Positions 40,946 through 51,130 of a stretch of DNA of 64,000 nt are shown one piece after another. The position numbers were made by a program, and so were the translations under genes. The DNA comes from a virus (Duplodnaviria > Heunggongvirae > Uroviricota > Caudoviricetes). Below the pieces are notes generated by a model, which saw only the letters and a program-made list of their open reading frames with translations, had not been told where the DNA came from and ran no database searches. The stretch lies in IMG/VR virus record IMGVR_UViG_646311924_000007, positions 1-64,000 of that record; one strand, written 5' to 3'. Within the stretch, counting starts at the first letter, position 1; each line of letters opens with the position of its first letter.

Positions 40946-41979
40946 AAAAACCTCTCGTCACCCGTAATGACATAGCCGAAGCTATCGCCCTGCATACTGC
41001 CTGTATGCCGACACGGGAGATCCCCGGCGCAATTGCCAACTATTTCATGATAACCAGACGTTTTTATACCCGAACAGATAAGGCTGTGATCAACAAGCTA
41101 CTGATAGCCGAGATCAGGGATTATTTGATTGAACAAGGACGTCTACGTTACGCAACAGTGGCAGCAGAAATGAGAAAGGAGGCACATAGAATGACCGGTA
41201 ATAATTTGAATGTTGAAAAAACAGCACCTGTTACGTCAGCTACGCCAGCACCAGCCGTGAATATCATCCCCAACACCGGAGACACAATCGACAGCCTGAC
41301 ACTGTTAAAGATGGTCAATGAAGCGCGTAAGTTATGTGGGGAACCAGAGGTTCGGAACAACAAATTCATAGAAAAAATACTCGATGAGCTTGATGGTGAG
41401 CACTACACAAAAAGTGTAGTGGAAAAAATGAACAAAACATCAATGCTTGTCATAACCATGACCTACAAACAAGCCCTGCGAGTCGCCGCACGCGAATCAA
41501 AAGCCGTCCGCCGTTCGCTGATCGACAAACTGGAAGAATTGCAGCAGGCAAACTCCCCTACCCCATCGATCCCCCAAACATTACCAGAAGCTCTACGCCT
41601 GGCTGCCGAGTTGGCAGAACAGAAAATGCAGTTGGAACAACAGCTGGTGGCCGCAGCCCCTAAAGTCGATTTTGCCGACCGGGTATCAGCGGCTAATGGA
41701 ATCCTGATCGGGAACTTTGCAAAGGTCGTTGGACTTAAGCAAAACGCCCTTTTCTCATGGTTGCGCCAGAACGGCATTCTCATGGCTTTTGGTGCGCGCA
41801 AAAACGTACCGCGCCAACAGTACATCAACGCCGGATATTTCACGGTGAAAGAAGTGGTGCTGGATGATGAAGATGGCTACCAGATACGGCTGACGCCCCA
41901 ATTAACGGGTAAAGGCCAGCAGTGGTTAACTCGCAAGCTACTTGATGCTGGTTTGTTAAAACCAGTAGCAATAGGTTAA
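40942..41979 (+). CDS. ant: antirepressor Ant (345 aa) with KilAC-type C-terminal domain
   Basis: Synteny c4-icd-ant-kilA-repL; C-terminal AAPKVDFADRV...GKGQQWL motif. Confidence 0.8.
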   Translation: MKKPLVTRNDIAEAIALHTACMPTREIPGAIANYFMITRRFYTRTDKAVINKLLIAEIRDYLIEQGRLRYATVAAEMRKEAHRMTGNNLNVEKTAPVTSATPAPAVNIIPNTGDTIDSLTLLKMVNEARKLCGEPEVRNNKFIEKILDELDGEHYTKSVVEKMNKTSMLVITMTYKQALRVAARESKAVRRSLIDKLEELQQANSPTPSIPQTLPEALRLAAELAEQKMQLEQQLVAAAPKVDFADRVSAANGILIGNFAKVVGLKQNALFSWLRQNGILMAFGARKNVPRQQYINAGYFTVKEVVLDDEDGYQIRLTPQLTGKGQQWLTRKLLDAGLLKPVAIG

Positions 41980-41991
41980 CAAAAGAAAAAA

Positions 41992-42018
41992 ACCTGCCAG
42001 CAAACTGGCAGGTTTCTG
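41992..42018 (+). terminator. hairpin CCTGCCAG-CAAA-CTGGCAGG after ant
   Basis: 8-bp stem, weak U-tract. Confidence 0.45.
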
Positions 42019-42057
42019 AGCAGATCGACCAACCCGATCTGGATCGAGTCAGAAAAA

Positions 42058-42074
42058 TTTGCTCTAATAAATTT
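42058..42074 (+). promoter_or_regulatory. C1 operator (TTTGCTCTAATAAATTT) upstream of kilA-repL
   Basis: 16/17 match to consensus. Confidence 0.7.
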
Positions 42075-42143
42075 CGTTTTCTAAGTGCAAAGAATCACCA
42101 TTTCGAGCTGGTGATTGAAGGTTGATGCAAATTTGGAGAAAAA

Positions 42144-42944
42144 ATGCAACAAACATTCAATGCGGATATGAATATATCAAACCTTCATCAAAATGTCGAT
42201 CCTTCAACCACTCTGCCCGTTATTTGTGGTGTTGAAATTACGACCGACCGCGCTGGCCGTTACAACCTTAATGCTCTACACAGAGCGAGCGGACTCGGTG
42301 CCCATAAAGCGCCAGCTCAATGGCTAAGAACGCTGTCAGCTAAACAGCTCATCGAAGAGCTTGAAAAAGAAACTATGCAGAATTGCATAGTTTCGTTCGA
42401 AGGCCGTGGCGGCGGCACTTTTGCCCATGAATTGCTCGCAGTGGAGTACGCTGGTTGGATTTCTCCCGCGTTTCGGCTGAAGGTAAACCAGACATTTATC
42501 GACTATCGAGCTGGAAGATTACAACCTGCTATTCCGAAGAGCCTCCCAGAAGCTCTCCGTTTGGCTGCCGACCTGGCAGAGCAAAAGCAACGGCTGGAGC
42601 AAAAAATGCTGATGGATGCACCTAAAGTCGAATTCGCCGAACGCGTTGCTACCGCCAGCGGGGTTCTAATCGGCAACTATGCCAAAGTGCTCGGCCTGGG
42701 CCAAAACTATCTCTTCACCTGGTTGCGTGATAACGGAATTCTGATCGCAACCGGTGAACGCAGGAACGTCCCCAAACAAGAATACATATCCCGTGGGTAT
42801 TTCACCCTTAAAGAAACCGTGATCGATACAAGCAATGGAAGCAGGATTTCTTTCACGACTCGTATAACCGGCAAAGGTCAGCAGTGGCTGATGAAGCGAT
42901 TGCTTGATGCTGGTGTGCTGGTACCTGTCGCGGCAGCGCGCTAA
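42144..42944 (+). CDS. kilA: KilA (266 aa; KilA-N plus KilAC domains)
   Basis: Size and domain order as recalled for P1 KilA; GGAG RBS. Confidence 0.85.
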   Translation: MQQTFNADMNISNLHQNVDPSTTLPVICGVEITTDRAGRYNLNALHRASGLGAHKAPAQWLRTLSAKQLIEELEKETMQNCIVSFEGRGGGTFAHELLAVEYAGWISPAFRLKVNQTFIDYRAGRLQPAIPKSLPEALRLAADLAEQKQRLEQKMLMDAPKVEFAERVATASGVLIGNYAKVLGLGQNYLFTWLRDNGILIATGERRNVPKQEYISRGYFTLKETVIDTSNGSRISFTTRITGKGQQWLMKRLLDAGVLVPVAAAR

Positions 42945-42973
42945 CAGACGTAGTAAGAACCACCAGCATTGTA

Positions 42974-43819
42974 ATGCTGGCTAAAGTCACTTTCCTGAGC
43001 TGTATAACGATGAGCGATTTTACTTTTTCTGGCTATGAATTGGCCTGCTTTGTAACACACTCCGGTCTATCCCGTAGCGCCGGGCATATCCTGTCGCAAT
43101 GTGCAAATCTCGCGGCAACAACCAGTGAATACTTCATTCACAAGCCTCACCGCCTGATCGCGGCAGAAACTGGTTATAGCCAATCAACCGTCGTTCGTGC
43201 ATTCCGTGAAGCTGTAAACAAAGGAATCCTGTCAGTAGAGATTGTTATCGGCGATCACCGTGAACGTCGCGCTAACCTGTACCGGTTTACACCATCCTTT
43301 TTGGCCTTCGCACAACAAGCAAAAAATGCGCTGATTGAAAGCAAATTAAAGATCTCTTCAGCGGCAACCAAGGTTAAAGCTGTTCTCGCTAAGACATTGG
43401 CTTTATTTAATTTTTTATCCACACCCCCATGTCAAAATGATACCCCCTCCCCCTGTCAGGATGACGTGGCAATAAAGAATAAGAAGTCACAATTTAAAAA
43501 AACAAAAAGATCAGTTTCCGGCGCTGCCGGAACGACCAAACTCAAAAAATTGACTTCATGGATCGCTGAGGCAAAAGCAAAGGCTGACAATCTGCGGTTA
43601 TCCAAAAAACGCGCTCAAAAACATGAGTTCAAGCAGAAAGTAGAGGCGGCAGCGCGGAAATATGCTTACCTGAAGAACAAGCGTTCTCCTGATATTGGCG
43701 GGGTATCAAACTTCGATAATCTGCCGCATTGCATGACGGTAAACGAAGCTCTTAATGCGGTTTTAGCCAAAAATAAAGATAACGAACAATGGGGTATACC
43801 GGCAGGATTCAGAGGGTGA
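42974..43819 (+). CDS. repL: RepL lytic replication initiator (281 aa)
   Basis: Length as recalled for P1 RepL; synteny after kilA. Confidence 0.85.
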   Translation: MLAKVTFLSCITMSDFTFSGYELACFVTHSGLSRSAGHILSQCANLAATTSEYFIHKPHRLIAAETGYSQSTVVRAFREAVNKGILSVEIVIGDHRERRANLYRFTPSFLAFAQQAKNALIESKLKISSAATKVKAVLAKTLALFNFLSTPPCQNDTPSPCQDDVAIKNKKSQFKKTKRSVSGAAGTTKLKKLTSWIAEAKAKADNLRLSKKRAQKHEFKQKVEAAARKYAYLKNKRSPDIGGVSNFDNLPHCMTVNEALNAVLAKNKDNEQWGIPAGFRG

Positions 43820-43822
43820 TAG

Positions 43823-43839
43823 ATTGCTCTAATCTGGAG
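43823..43839 (+). promoter_or_regulatory. C1 operator-like half match (ATTGCTCTAATCTGGAG)
   Basis: First 11 nt match consensus; same variant tail TGGAG as the site at 2363-2379. Confidence 0.35.
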
Positions 43840-43869
43840 TCACCTGGCGTTTTCAGTTTGAGGTCGGAG

Positions 43870-44115
43870 ATGCAATCTGATTTTTTACAGTTAGCGATCG
43901 CTTTTGCAGGATATGTTTGTATTGGCTTCTGTGTATACATGATCAGCCGAAAAATGCTTGTCGATATCGACCGCAAAGAACAAGCAGAGGAGATCTTAGT
44001 ATGGATTTTCTTTGGCGCGGTCTGGCCATTAGGGATCATGTTTGCTGCAACATTTCTTCTGATGTGGATATTCACCCTTCCAGGTGATTTCTATAGAAAA
44101 AAAGCCAGACATTGA
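43870..44115 (+). CDS. small membrane protein (81 aa from MQSDFLQL)
   Basis: Two hydrophobic helices; position after repL. Confidence 0.4.
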   Translation: MQSDFLQLAIAFAGYVCIGFCVYMISRKMLVDIDRKEQAEEILVWIFFGAVWPLGIMFAATFLLMWIFTLPGDFYRKKARH

Positions 44116-44238
44116 TACAATCGTTGCGGGTGCTTGAGGCTATCTGCTTCAGGCATTACCCGAAAAGCAGATAGAAGAAAGCCCCAGATAACATTACGCG
44201 TCCTGCAAGACGCTTAACATTAATCTGAGGCCACATCT

Positions 44239-44445
44239 ATGCTTAGCATACGTAGATTAGCCTCTTACCGACCAAAAGGTCAAGGAGAAGCAGGCTATGA
44301 AGCAGCAAAAAGCGATGTTAATCGCTCTGATCGTCATCTGTTTAACCGTCATTGTGACGGCACTGGTAACGAGGAAAGACCTCTGCGAGGTACGAATCCG
44401 AACCGGCCAGACGGAGGTCACTGTCTTCACAGCCTACGAATCTGA
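44239..44445 (+). CDS. mok-like overlapping reading frame
   Basis: ORF overlapping almost all of the hok-like gene in another frame, as in hok/sok loci. Confidence 0.35.
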   Translation: MLSIRRLASYRPKGQGEAGYEAAKSDVNRSDRHLFNRHCDGTGNEERPLRGTNPNRPDGGHCLHSLRI

Positions 44446-44452
44446 AAGGTAA
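44297..44452 (+). CDS. hok: Hok/Gef-family membrane toxin (51 aa: MKQQKAMLIALIVICLTVIVTALVTRKDLCEVRIRTGQTEVTVFTAYESER)
   Basis: Clear similarity to E. coli Gef/HokC as recalled; AAGGAG RBS; too short to appear in the ORF track. Confidence 0.8.
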   Translation: MKQQKAMLIALIVICLTVIVTALVTRKDLCEVRIRTGQTEVTVFTAYESER

Positions 44453-44531
44453 GAGACCTGGCGGGGAGAGATCCCCGCCACTCTTCGTGTGTCAGGTATC
44501 CTCAATGCACCCTTTCCTCTCCAAATAAAAA

Positions 44532-44550
44532 AGCTCCCGAAGGAGCTTTA
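44532..44550. terminator. bidirectional hairpin AGCTCC-CGAA-GGAGCT flanked by A6 / T-rich
   Basis: Stem-loop between the hok locus (+) and the convergent minus-strand structural genes. Confidence 0.6.
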
Positions 44551-44568
44551 AAATACAAGGGATTACTA

Positions 44569-45078
44569 TTAATCCCACTCAATCCAGTTGTAGACGATAC
44601 GAAGTGACGGGCGCACAGCGGCAGTCACATCTTCGGTACTAAAGTCGATTGCATCACTGTAGATTTTGCAGTCCAACATTTCAATTGTTGTAGCAGCTTT
44701 TGTCACAGCGTTAACCCCGGAAGATTTGGATTCAGGGGTAGCAGCCATCGTGATATCAACATAGTCCTTCGCCGCAATGCGATCCTTGATGAACTGAAGA
44801 ATATCGCCTTCGATAGTCTCCACGCACTGGACCTGGATTTCCCCAGAGTTTCGAATTGGTCCGTGCTGGTTGAACTTCACACCATTCGGACCATAGTCCT
44901 CCACATCCTCGCGGGTCATTTCAGGAATTTGCGACGTGCGAACCAGTACGCTGATATCTTCATGGCCTGCAACAGTGAGCTGGAATTCAGAAGATACCAG
45001 TCGTTCGCCTTTGGCCGCGTTGGCAGTATAGCGGCCCTTAATAAATTTACGGTTTCCCTTAGTGTTATTGTGCCCCAT
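44569..45078 (-). CDS. phage structural protein (169 aa; possibly tail tube-like)
   Basis: Operon position downstream of the sheath-like gene. Confidence 0.35.
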   Translation of the reverse strand: MGHNNTKGNRKFIKGRYTANAAKGERLVSSEFQLTVAGHEDISVLVRTSQIPEMTREDVEDYGPNGVKFNQHGPIRNSGEIQVQCVETIEGDILQFIKDRIAAKDYVDITMAATPESKSSGVNAVTKAATTIEMLDCKIYSDAIDFSTEDVTAAVRPSLRIVYNWIEWD

Positions 45079-45089
45079 ATAAAATCCTT

Positions 45090-45671
45090 TTACTGGAACG
45101 CCCGAACAATATCGGAGCTGTTATATATCGAAGAACCGGTCAACTGGAGGTTGACGGTGTTTTTCAGGAAATGCCCATTGCTGTCCCTGGGCGCATCGAG
45201 ATCGAAACTTATGTCCTGGATAGCGACATCAATGATGTTGATCTGGCGACCAATGTTTAGCGTCACACGCTCCGGGATTCGACCACCAATACTGGCATCT
45301 TTAAGTTCCGGGCTAATCATCGCTGACAATGCGGCGATAGCTCCTGAAACCTCCGTGAATGGATCAAACAAAGCGATGAAAGTTACTGGCAGCGTGAAAG
45401 TTGGCGGTGTTCCCCCCTCCCAAACCATTAAGCTGTTCCAACGGGCCACCGACGTTGTTTCAGTACCAACCTGCGCAAAACCACTGAAGGCACCAGCAAC
45501 AGACCCCATGGACATACCGGTAAACGGCGCTTCCCAATTCTGGGCCATGTTCATTGCTGCCCCCTGGCTGATATATCCGGTAACCTGGTACTGAGAGTTC
45601 GTTAAAGTAACTTTCAGAAATGGCGATACACCGTCAGCCTGGCTGTAAACCCCATAAGGTATAGGTGCCAT
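45090..45671 (-). CDS. phage structural protein (193 aa)
   Basis: Operon position. Confidence 0.35.
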   Translation of the reverse strand: MAPIPYGVYSQADGVSPFLKVTLTNSQYQVTGYISQGAAMNMAQNWEAPFTGMSMGSVAGAFSGFAQVGTETTSVARWNSLMVWEGGTPPTFTLPVTFIALFDPFTEVSGAIAALSAMISPELKDASIGGRIPERVTLNIGRQINIIDVAIQDISFDLDAPRDSNGHFLKNTVNLQLTGSSIYNSSDIVRAFQ

Positions 45672-45706
45672 TCAAGTTAAAGGCCGGAGTTCTCCGGCCT
45701 CCTCCT

Positions 45707-46522
45707 TTAGCCAAGGCGCTTACGGCGCAGTTTCATTGACTTTTTGCGGGCAAGTTTTGCCGCACCCGTCTGGGCTTTTCGACGCGCTTTTTTCAGCGCC
45801 GATTTTTGAGCCGCAGTCAGACGTTTTTTACGCAGGCGTTTACGGATGAGTTTGATCTCACCGTTACGAACAACCTTCTTAAATGCTTCAGTCAGCATTT
45901 CATCAGAAGTGCCAGCAACAACAAACGCCGCTTCCAGTTCGTCACGGTCGTCGCTATCTAAACCAGCGATAGAGGCACCAACATCAGCAGCTGCGTCGTC
46001 GTCTTCATCGTCAGCCAGTGCTTCGATCAGGTCATCATCTACACCGCATGCTGCGAGGAAGTCAGCAACATTTGCCCATGCTTCGTTATAGGCATCGTCC
46101 TGTTCTTCTGTAACTTCGGAGTCGTCGTCATCAGAGATACCAGCGATAGCCTGAACGAAACCATCAAGGGAGTCGAAAGTCAGATCACCGCTATCAGCCC
46201 AGGCGAAAACGGCGTCGGCCGCATCACTCAACGCATTCTGCATAGCACTTCTATTTGCAGCTTCCAGAATCATCTGGTGCGCCTGTTCGACGGTCCATTC
46301 TTTACCGTCTTTCCCTTCCAGGATTTGCTCAGGAGCCGGGGCAGATGGAACGTTATCGTTAGTCTGTGCCGCCGGTTCCGGATTATTATTAATAACCGGA
46401 TCTGTTGGCTGTTCGGCGCTTGCTCGGGCAGACTCCATCAGCTGCACAGGATCAGAGTTCAAAGCGAAACGAGACAGTCCATTCCCCAAAAATGCCCCGG
46501 ATTGAAAAAAGTTTTTGCTCAT
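45707..46522 (-). CDS. acidic protein with basic C-terminal tail (271 aa)
   Basis: Asp/Glu-rich core and Lys/Arg-rich C-terminus. Confidence 0.4.
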   Translation of the reverse strand: MSKNFFQSGAFLGNGLSRFALNSDPVQLMESARASAEQPTDPVINNNPEPAAQTNDNVPSAPAPEQILEGKDGKEWTVEQAHQMILEAANRSAMQNALSDAADAVFAWADSGDLTFDSLDGFVQAIAGISDDDDSEVTEEQDDAYNEAWANVADFLAACGVDDDLIEALADDEDDDAAADVGASIAGLDSDDRDELEAAFVVAGTSDEMLTEAFKKVVRNGEIKLIRKRLRKKRLTAAQKSALKKARRKAQTGAAKLARKKSMKLRRKRLG

Positions 46523-46531
46523 TGTATTCCC

Positions 46532-48121
46532 TTACTTAATAAGCAGCGGTACGCCCTGGATACGACGGGCTACGCCAGTCGGGCAGCAGGCCCAGACTAC
46601 TTCCCATTTATCGAATTCCGCCTGCGTAACTTTCAGCACATACGGTTCTGTACCGTCAGCATCAGGATCACGAGGAGCCACCAGAGCGCCGGAGGCGACA
46701 AAGCGATCTAAAAGTTTGGTCATCCCTTTAGTCAGGCCAGCCGCAGTAATACCGTCCGGGCTATGCTTCATCTGTCGGGCTAACTGGACAAAGAAACGGC
46801 TGATTGCATTCATCAGGGATGGGACGTGCTGGAAGTGCAGATAGTTATCCTGCGTGCAGCAAGTTAAAGCATCGTCGATGATCATCTGGCCAGAGGTGCC
46901 AACAGATACTTTATTGAGACGGCCCTTGACCATTGCTTCTTCGTCCGGGGTATCTTCCGGATACAGCGGTTGAATTGACGCACGAGCAATGACGGCACGT
47001 TCTTCACCAGCCGGTGAGTAATGCCAACCGCCGACATCAGAGTTTTTCTTGACGCCACGAGCTTTCGCCGCATACGCCACGCCAGACAGACCAAAGACCA
47101 CACGGGATTGGGTCCATTTGTCTTTGCAGGAGAACGGGTAGTGATAGACAGCACAGCTTACATAATCGGTACCAAGTAAACCGGTATCTTCAACAGCAGA
47201 GAGCGCTTCCGTATACGTCAATGTCGGTTTGACATCAAAGAAGCCATCAATCAGGCGATCAGAACAGATATTACCTAACGCGGTGATCGCCGCATTGTCA
47301 TAGCAACCCAGGCCGAGAACAGCGGTGTACATGTACGGCGCATTGTTCAGCACCTTAACCGCACGCAGGTACGCAGCGGTTGAGATTTTCGACTGATCAC
47401 CGTTGGTACCACCAGTGAACGCCAGCGATTTTTTATTTGTTACTTTCGCCGTCGAAATCAGCTCTTCATTAACAACCGCGCGCAGATATTTAGAACGGGC
47501 TTCCAGAGCCGTAGGCAGATAACACAAGCGGCCCATGTCATCTTTCGCTTCTTCCGCCAAAGACACAGTGTGTGTCTCCAGGGTCGTTACCACGCCGAGC
47601 GAAGTCGTCTGGGTCAGTTTTAAGAGGAAGCGTTCATTACCCGCGCTGTCCGCTGTTGCCGTTTCGATGGTTAACTCACGGGTAGGTGAAATACACGGAT
47701 CACCATCATCAACGTAGATAGCAAAGGCTTCGCCACTATCAAGTTCAATTTCAGAACCGTATGGCAACGCACTGTAAGCCGGTTCGCCTGATTCATCGAA
47801 CATAATAATCGGGAACTTCGCATCATCCGGAACAGCACGAACAACATAACCTGACGTTTGCTGAATAGCTTCGTATACATGGCGAATTGGTTCGAACTGT
47901 GAGCCGGAAGACGGCTTCAGCGGTTCGCCGAGAACATCTTTGTAATTGGACTCAGTAACCGCAAGAACAGTAAACGGCTTGCCACGCGCAAATACGCCAA
48001 TACCAGCCCACAAGCTGCTATTTAATGCAACACCGGTAGATAACGTCGCATCGGCATTGATCGGGCTAACCGCGACGCCGGATGCATTACCTAATGACTG
48101 TTGAATTGAATATTGAGACAT
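46532..48121 (-). CDS. putative tail sheath protein (529 aa)
   Basis: Size and position in a myovirus-type late operon; assignment tentative. Confidence 0.4.
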   Translation of the reverse strand: MSQYSIQQSLGNASGVAVSPINADATLSTGVALNSSLWAGIGVFARGKPFTVLAVTESNYKDVLGEPLKPSSGSQFEPIRHVYEAIQQTSGYVVRAVPDDAKFPIIMFDESGEPAYSALPYGSEIELDSGEAFAIYVDDGDPCISPTRELTIETATADSAGNERFLLKLTQTTSLGVVTTLETHTVSLAEEAKDDMGRLCYLPTALEARSKYLRAVVNEELISTAKVTNKKSLAFTGGTNGDQSKISTAAYLRAVKVLNNAPYMYTAVLGLGCYDNAAITALGNICSDRLIDGFFDVKPTLTYTEALSAVEDTGLLGTDYVSCAVYHYPFSCKDKWTQSRVVFGLSGVAYAAKARGVKKNSDVGGWHYSPAGEERAVIARASIQPLYPEDTPDEEAMVKGRLNKVSVGTSGQMIIDDALTCCTQDNYLHFQHVPSLMNAISRFFVQLARQMKHSPDGITAAGLTKGMTKLLDRFVASGALVAPRDPDADGTEPYVLKVTQAEFDKWEVVWACCPTGVARRIQGVPLLIK

Positions 48122-48181
48122 AACTTTCCCTGTTATGCGCCCCGCACGGGGGCGCTATGTTAAACGGAGAACTTCCCCTGA

Positions 48182-49909
48182 TTACTCAGAGTCACCGGCA
48201 TCAATCGTGTCGCCGCTTATGAAGTTAAGCCCGCCTTTTTTGGCCATTGTCAGCGTTACACGAGTGAAGTAATCAGCGCCGTTGCGTGGGTGCATATCGT
48301 TGATAGCCGAACCCCACAGTGTGGTACGGTTGACCAGCGCCGGAGTGGTCGGATGCTGGAACGGGATAGCCGGGACAGCATCACCAGTCACGAAGCCTGC
48401 TTTACCCGGATTTTCATCACGGACGTAGCACAGCACATCCATCGAGCTGAACTGAATGTTCTCTGTCGTTAAGTTCTTACAAATACCAGCAGGTACTTCG
48501 TACACTTTCACGTTACCGAACAGGGTACCGATGTAGTGAACATACGGAGTCTGGATATAGTCTTCGGCTGGCTGGAAGAAATCCTTCGGCAACTGTTTGA
48601 AGAAAGATGCTGCATCAGCACCAGCAAACATCCCCATCGCACCAGAAGATTTAACGCGCTCAATAATGTCGCGATATACAGTCTGGAATTTGCCACGAAT
48701 GATGGTTGCCCATACATTAAAGGACTGGTTAACCGGCAGAGCGATGTCAAAGGTGTCGGTCGCAAGAGTACGCCAGATCATGATGCGAAGACGCAGCATA
48801 TCCTGTTCATGAGACAGGTATTCCTTCAGGGTGCGGAACTGTAGGGAACCCAGGTCCAGACCAAATTCACGCTGTGCTTCATACGCCGCCTGTACCGTGT
48901 GCTCAGCCGCGATAACGAACTGACTTGGGAACAGGGTGTATTTCTTCATTTCGTGGTTGATCAGCGGGATCAGCTCAGGTGCGGCTTCAATATTGATTTC
49001 CGTCTCAATTGCGATCTCAGTGCCTTTATCCGGCGCTTTGGAGAACGACAGGGCAATCTGACCAATGTTGTAGTTCAGAGAGCAGGTAACAGTGATTTGC
49101 TCACCAGCAGCATTAGTAAACGAGTGAAGTAGGCTGCCGGAACCGTTATCAACAACAGACTTAATACGGTTAACGTAGATGTTAGTGCGACCTTTTCGGA
49201 TTGGTACATTCTGGCCTTCGAAGTCTTCCATCTTGAAGGTTGCGGTTTTGCTGGTGCCATCGGAGCTTGCCACCAGCACATAGCGGCGACGTAACTGGCT
49301 GTACACACCAACGGATTGCATGTCCAGAACATCACCAGCAGCATAAGAACCAAAAGAGGAACCTGCCACGTTAAAGACTTCATAGATGTCGGACTGGTCA
49401 CGCGTAACCGGAATGAAGGTACACGCATCAGCGGTAGCTGCCCCCAACTGAACAGGCAGGATCATCGCGAGGAATAAAGGCAGACGCATAACACCGTCAG
49501 AAACGCTCATCATCTCTGCTGCGACGGATTCCAGCATCGCTTTATTAGTGGCATCCATGCTATTGCGGGTGGACTCAATCAGGCAGTTTTCCAGCGTCTG
49601 GTGGCAGGAGGCCAGAATTTCCGGACGCGGCATAGATTTATGTGCTGCGGCGTAGTCAGCCAGTGCACTTGCCCACGCTGTAGCGATTTGAGCGGTGGCA
49701 TTATCAGAGATACCCGCAAAAACCGGGTCTTTACGTGCAGCTTCAAGGATAGATGCGGCACGCGCGGCATCATCTTTAATGAATTGGTTATCAGTACCGA
49801 ACTGCGCAGTGCTTGCCCAGCCAAGCACAGCTTTAGAGCGTTTTGCGATATCTGCAATACGATTCTGGTATTCGCGTAAGTTACTCAATTTACTCTTCCT
49901 TAAACACAA
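48182..49909 (-). CDS. putative major capsid protein precursor (575 aa; P1 gene 23-like by position next to parB)
   Basis: Late promoter upstream; size near the roughly 62-kDa head protein precursor recalled for P1. Confidence 0.4.
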   Translation of the reverse strand: MCLRKSKLSNLREYQNRIADIAKRSKAVLGWASTAQFGTDNQFIKDDAARAASILEAARKDPVFAGISDNATAQIATAWASALADYAAAHKSMPRPEILASCHQTLENCLIESTRNSMDATNKAMLESVAAEMMSVSDGVMRLPLFLAMILPVQLGAATADACTFIPVTRDQSDIYEVFNVAGSSFGSYAAGDVLDMQSVGVYSQLRRRYVLVASSDGTSKTATFKMEDFEGQNVPIRKGRTNIYVNRIKSVVDNGSGSLLHSFTNAAGEQITVTCSLNYNIGQIALSFSKAPDKGTEIAIETEINIEAAPELIPLINHEMKKYTLFPSQFVIAAEHTVQAAYEAQREFGLDLGSLQFRTLKEYLSHEQDMLRLRIMIWRTLATDTFDIALPVNQSFNVWATIIRGKFQTVYRDIIERVKSSGAMGMFAGADAASFFKQLPKDFFQPAEDYIQTPYVHYIGTLFGNVKVYEVPAGICKNLTTENIQFSSMDVLCYVRDENPGKAGFVTGDAVPAIPFQHPTTPALVNRTTLWGSAINDMHPRNGADYFTRVTLTMAKKGGLNFISGDTIDAGDSE

Positions 49910-49937
49910 GGCACTTGTGTGAATCCCTTTTCGGAAG

Positions 49938-49962
49938 AGATTTTATTGAAAGTCACTTGTTG
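49938..49962 (-). promoter_or_regulatory. putative late promoter (minus strand AACAAGTGACT-N5-TAAAAT)
   Basis: Motif about 25 nt upstream of ATG at 49909. Confidence 0.45.
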
Positions 49963-50025
49963 ACTTTCTCGTGACAAGCAATTTTTTTATTTTTTCGGGA
50001 GTAGGGGAGGAAGGTAAAATCCAAG

Positions 50026-50110
50026 GTGAAATCGTGGCGATTTCACCTTGAAATTTTAGATGGATTTACTTTAAAAACAGTAGGTTAATAGTGAAATTTG
50101 AATGGCGAAA
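50026..50110. other. parS: parS-like centromere: inverted heptamers GTGAAAT / ATTTCAC around TGGCGA box, AT-rich IHF-like spacer, second GTGAAAT...TGGCGA set
   Basis: Box motifs read directly, immediately downstream of parB. Confidence 0.6.
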
Positions 50111-50112
50111 GT

Positions 50113-51114
50113 TTAAGGCTTCGGCTTTTTATCGAGGCTCTTTCTAAGGATATGCCCAATCATCCTGTCGAGTTCTTCCTGTAGCTCTTTTGAAAGTCGA
50201 TTAAACTCATAAGAAAATGCACGGCCTTTCACGCGCTTCCTTGCAAAGCGATCCTTGTCCTCAAATTTCCATAATTCAGTAACTACGGACTTATCTTTAG
50301 AACCTTTATCCGTGAGTAGTGAGGCTTCCTTTGTTATCAAGCGCAGGATTTTATTTTTAACTTCATCTTCGGCCATTTCTTCAATGGATAAGATGTCGTT
50401 TATTTCCGGGGATATGTTTTGAATAAGCTGATCAAACTCTAAATTCTTGTTCCCCATTTCGTCGCCAACAGCACAAAGCGTTTTGTAGTCCGAAAAGGTT
50501 AATTCCGACTGCACAGGGAAAAGGGCGACTAATTCTTCCGGAGCACTCGCTGCCTGGAGAGCACGCGTGACCTTAGCCTGAGACAGCCCTTCTTTGGCTG
50601 CAATATCCTTCTGACTCATCCCATCATTTTTCATTCGCATCAAACGCAGACCTATTTCTCGAATGCTGTGCTGCAATGCTGTCTGAACGTCTTTCGCTAA
50701 ATTTTGCGCTTCCTGAACGCTGATCTCCTGGTCCGTGACTAAAACCCGCAACCCTACGTTCTCTAAGATGGCAGAAGCTCGACGCCGGGAACCATCCAAA
50801 ATTTCAATTTTCCCTGTACCCCGTCTAACACCTATTGCAGGGTAAAATTGCTGATGCTTAATAGTGCTTCGGATACTTTTTAATGATTTTGGCGTAAGAG
50901 ATGCCTGGTCACGCCCGTTGTTATGCTGATCAACAAAGGTATCGCTTTCTACCTGGTTCGGAGGTATTACCTCTTCAATAAATGTGGCCTGGCGACCAGT
51001 TGATAACTTGAATACCTGCTCGACTCGATCGCCAGAGGCTGAAGAACTATCAAATCCGCTTAATATTGAAGGATTAAGGGTTCGCCCAATTGTTGGTCTG
51101 TTTTTCTTTGACAT
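50113..51114 (-). CDS. parB: ParB partition protein (333 aa)
   Basis: Length and sequence character of P1 ParB; follows parA. Confidence 0.9.
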   Translation of the reverse strand: MSKKNRPTIGRTLNPSILSGFDSSSASGDRVEQVFKLSTGRQATFIEEVIPPNQVESDTFVDQHNNGRDQASLTPKSLKSIRSTIKHQQFYPAIGVRRGTGKIEILDGSRRRASAILENVGLRVLVTDQEISVQEAQNLAKDVQTALQHSIREIGLRLMRMKNDGMSQKDIAAKEGLSQAKVTRALQAASAPEELVALFPVQSELTFSDYKTLCAVGDEMGNKNLEFDQLIQNISPEINDILSIEEMAEDEVKNKILRLITKEASLLTDKGSKDKSVVTELWKFEDKDRFARKRVKGRAFSYEFNRLSKELQEELDRMIGHILRKSLDKKPKP

Positions 51115-51130
51115 GGGGGTTTCTTACTCC

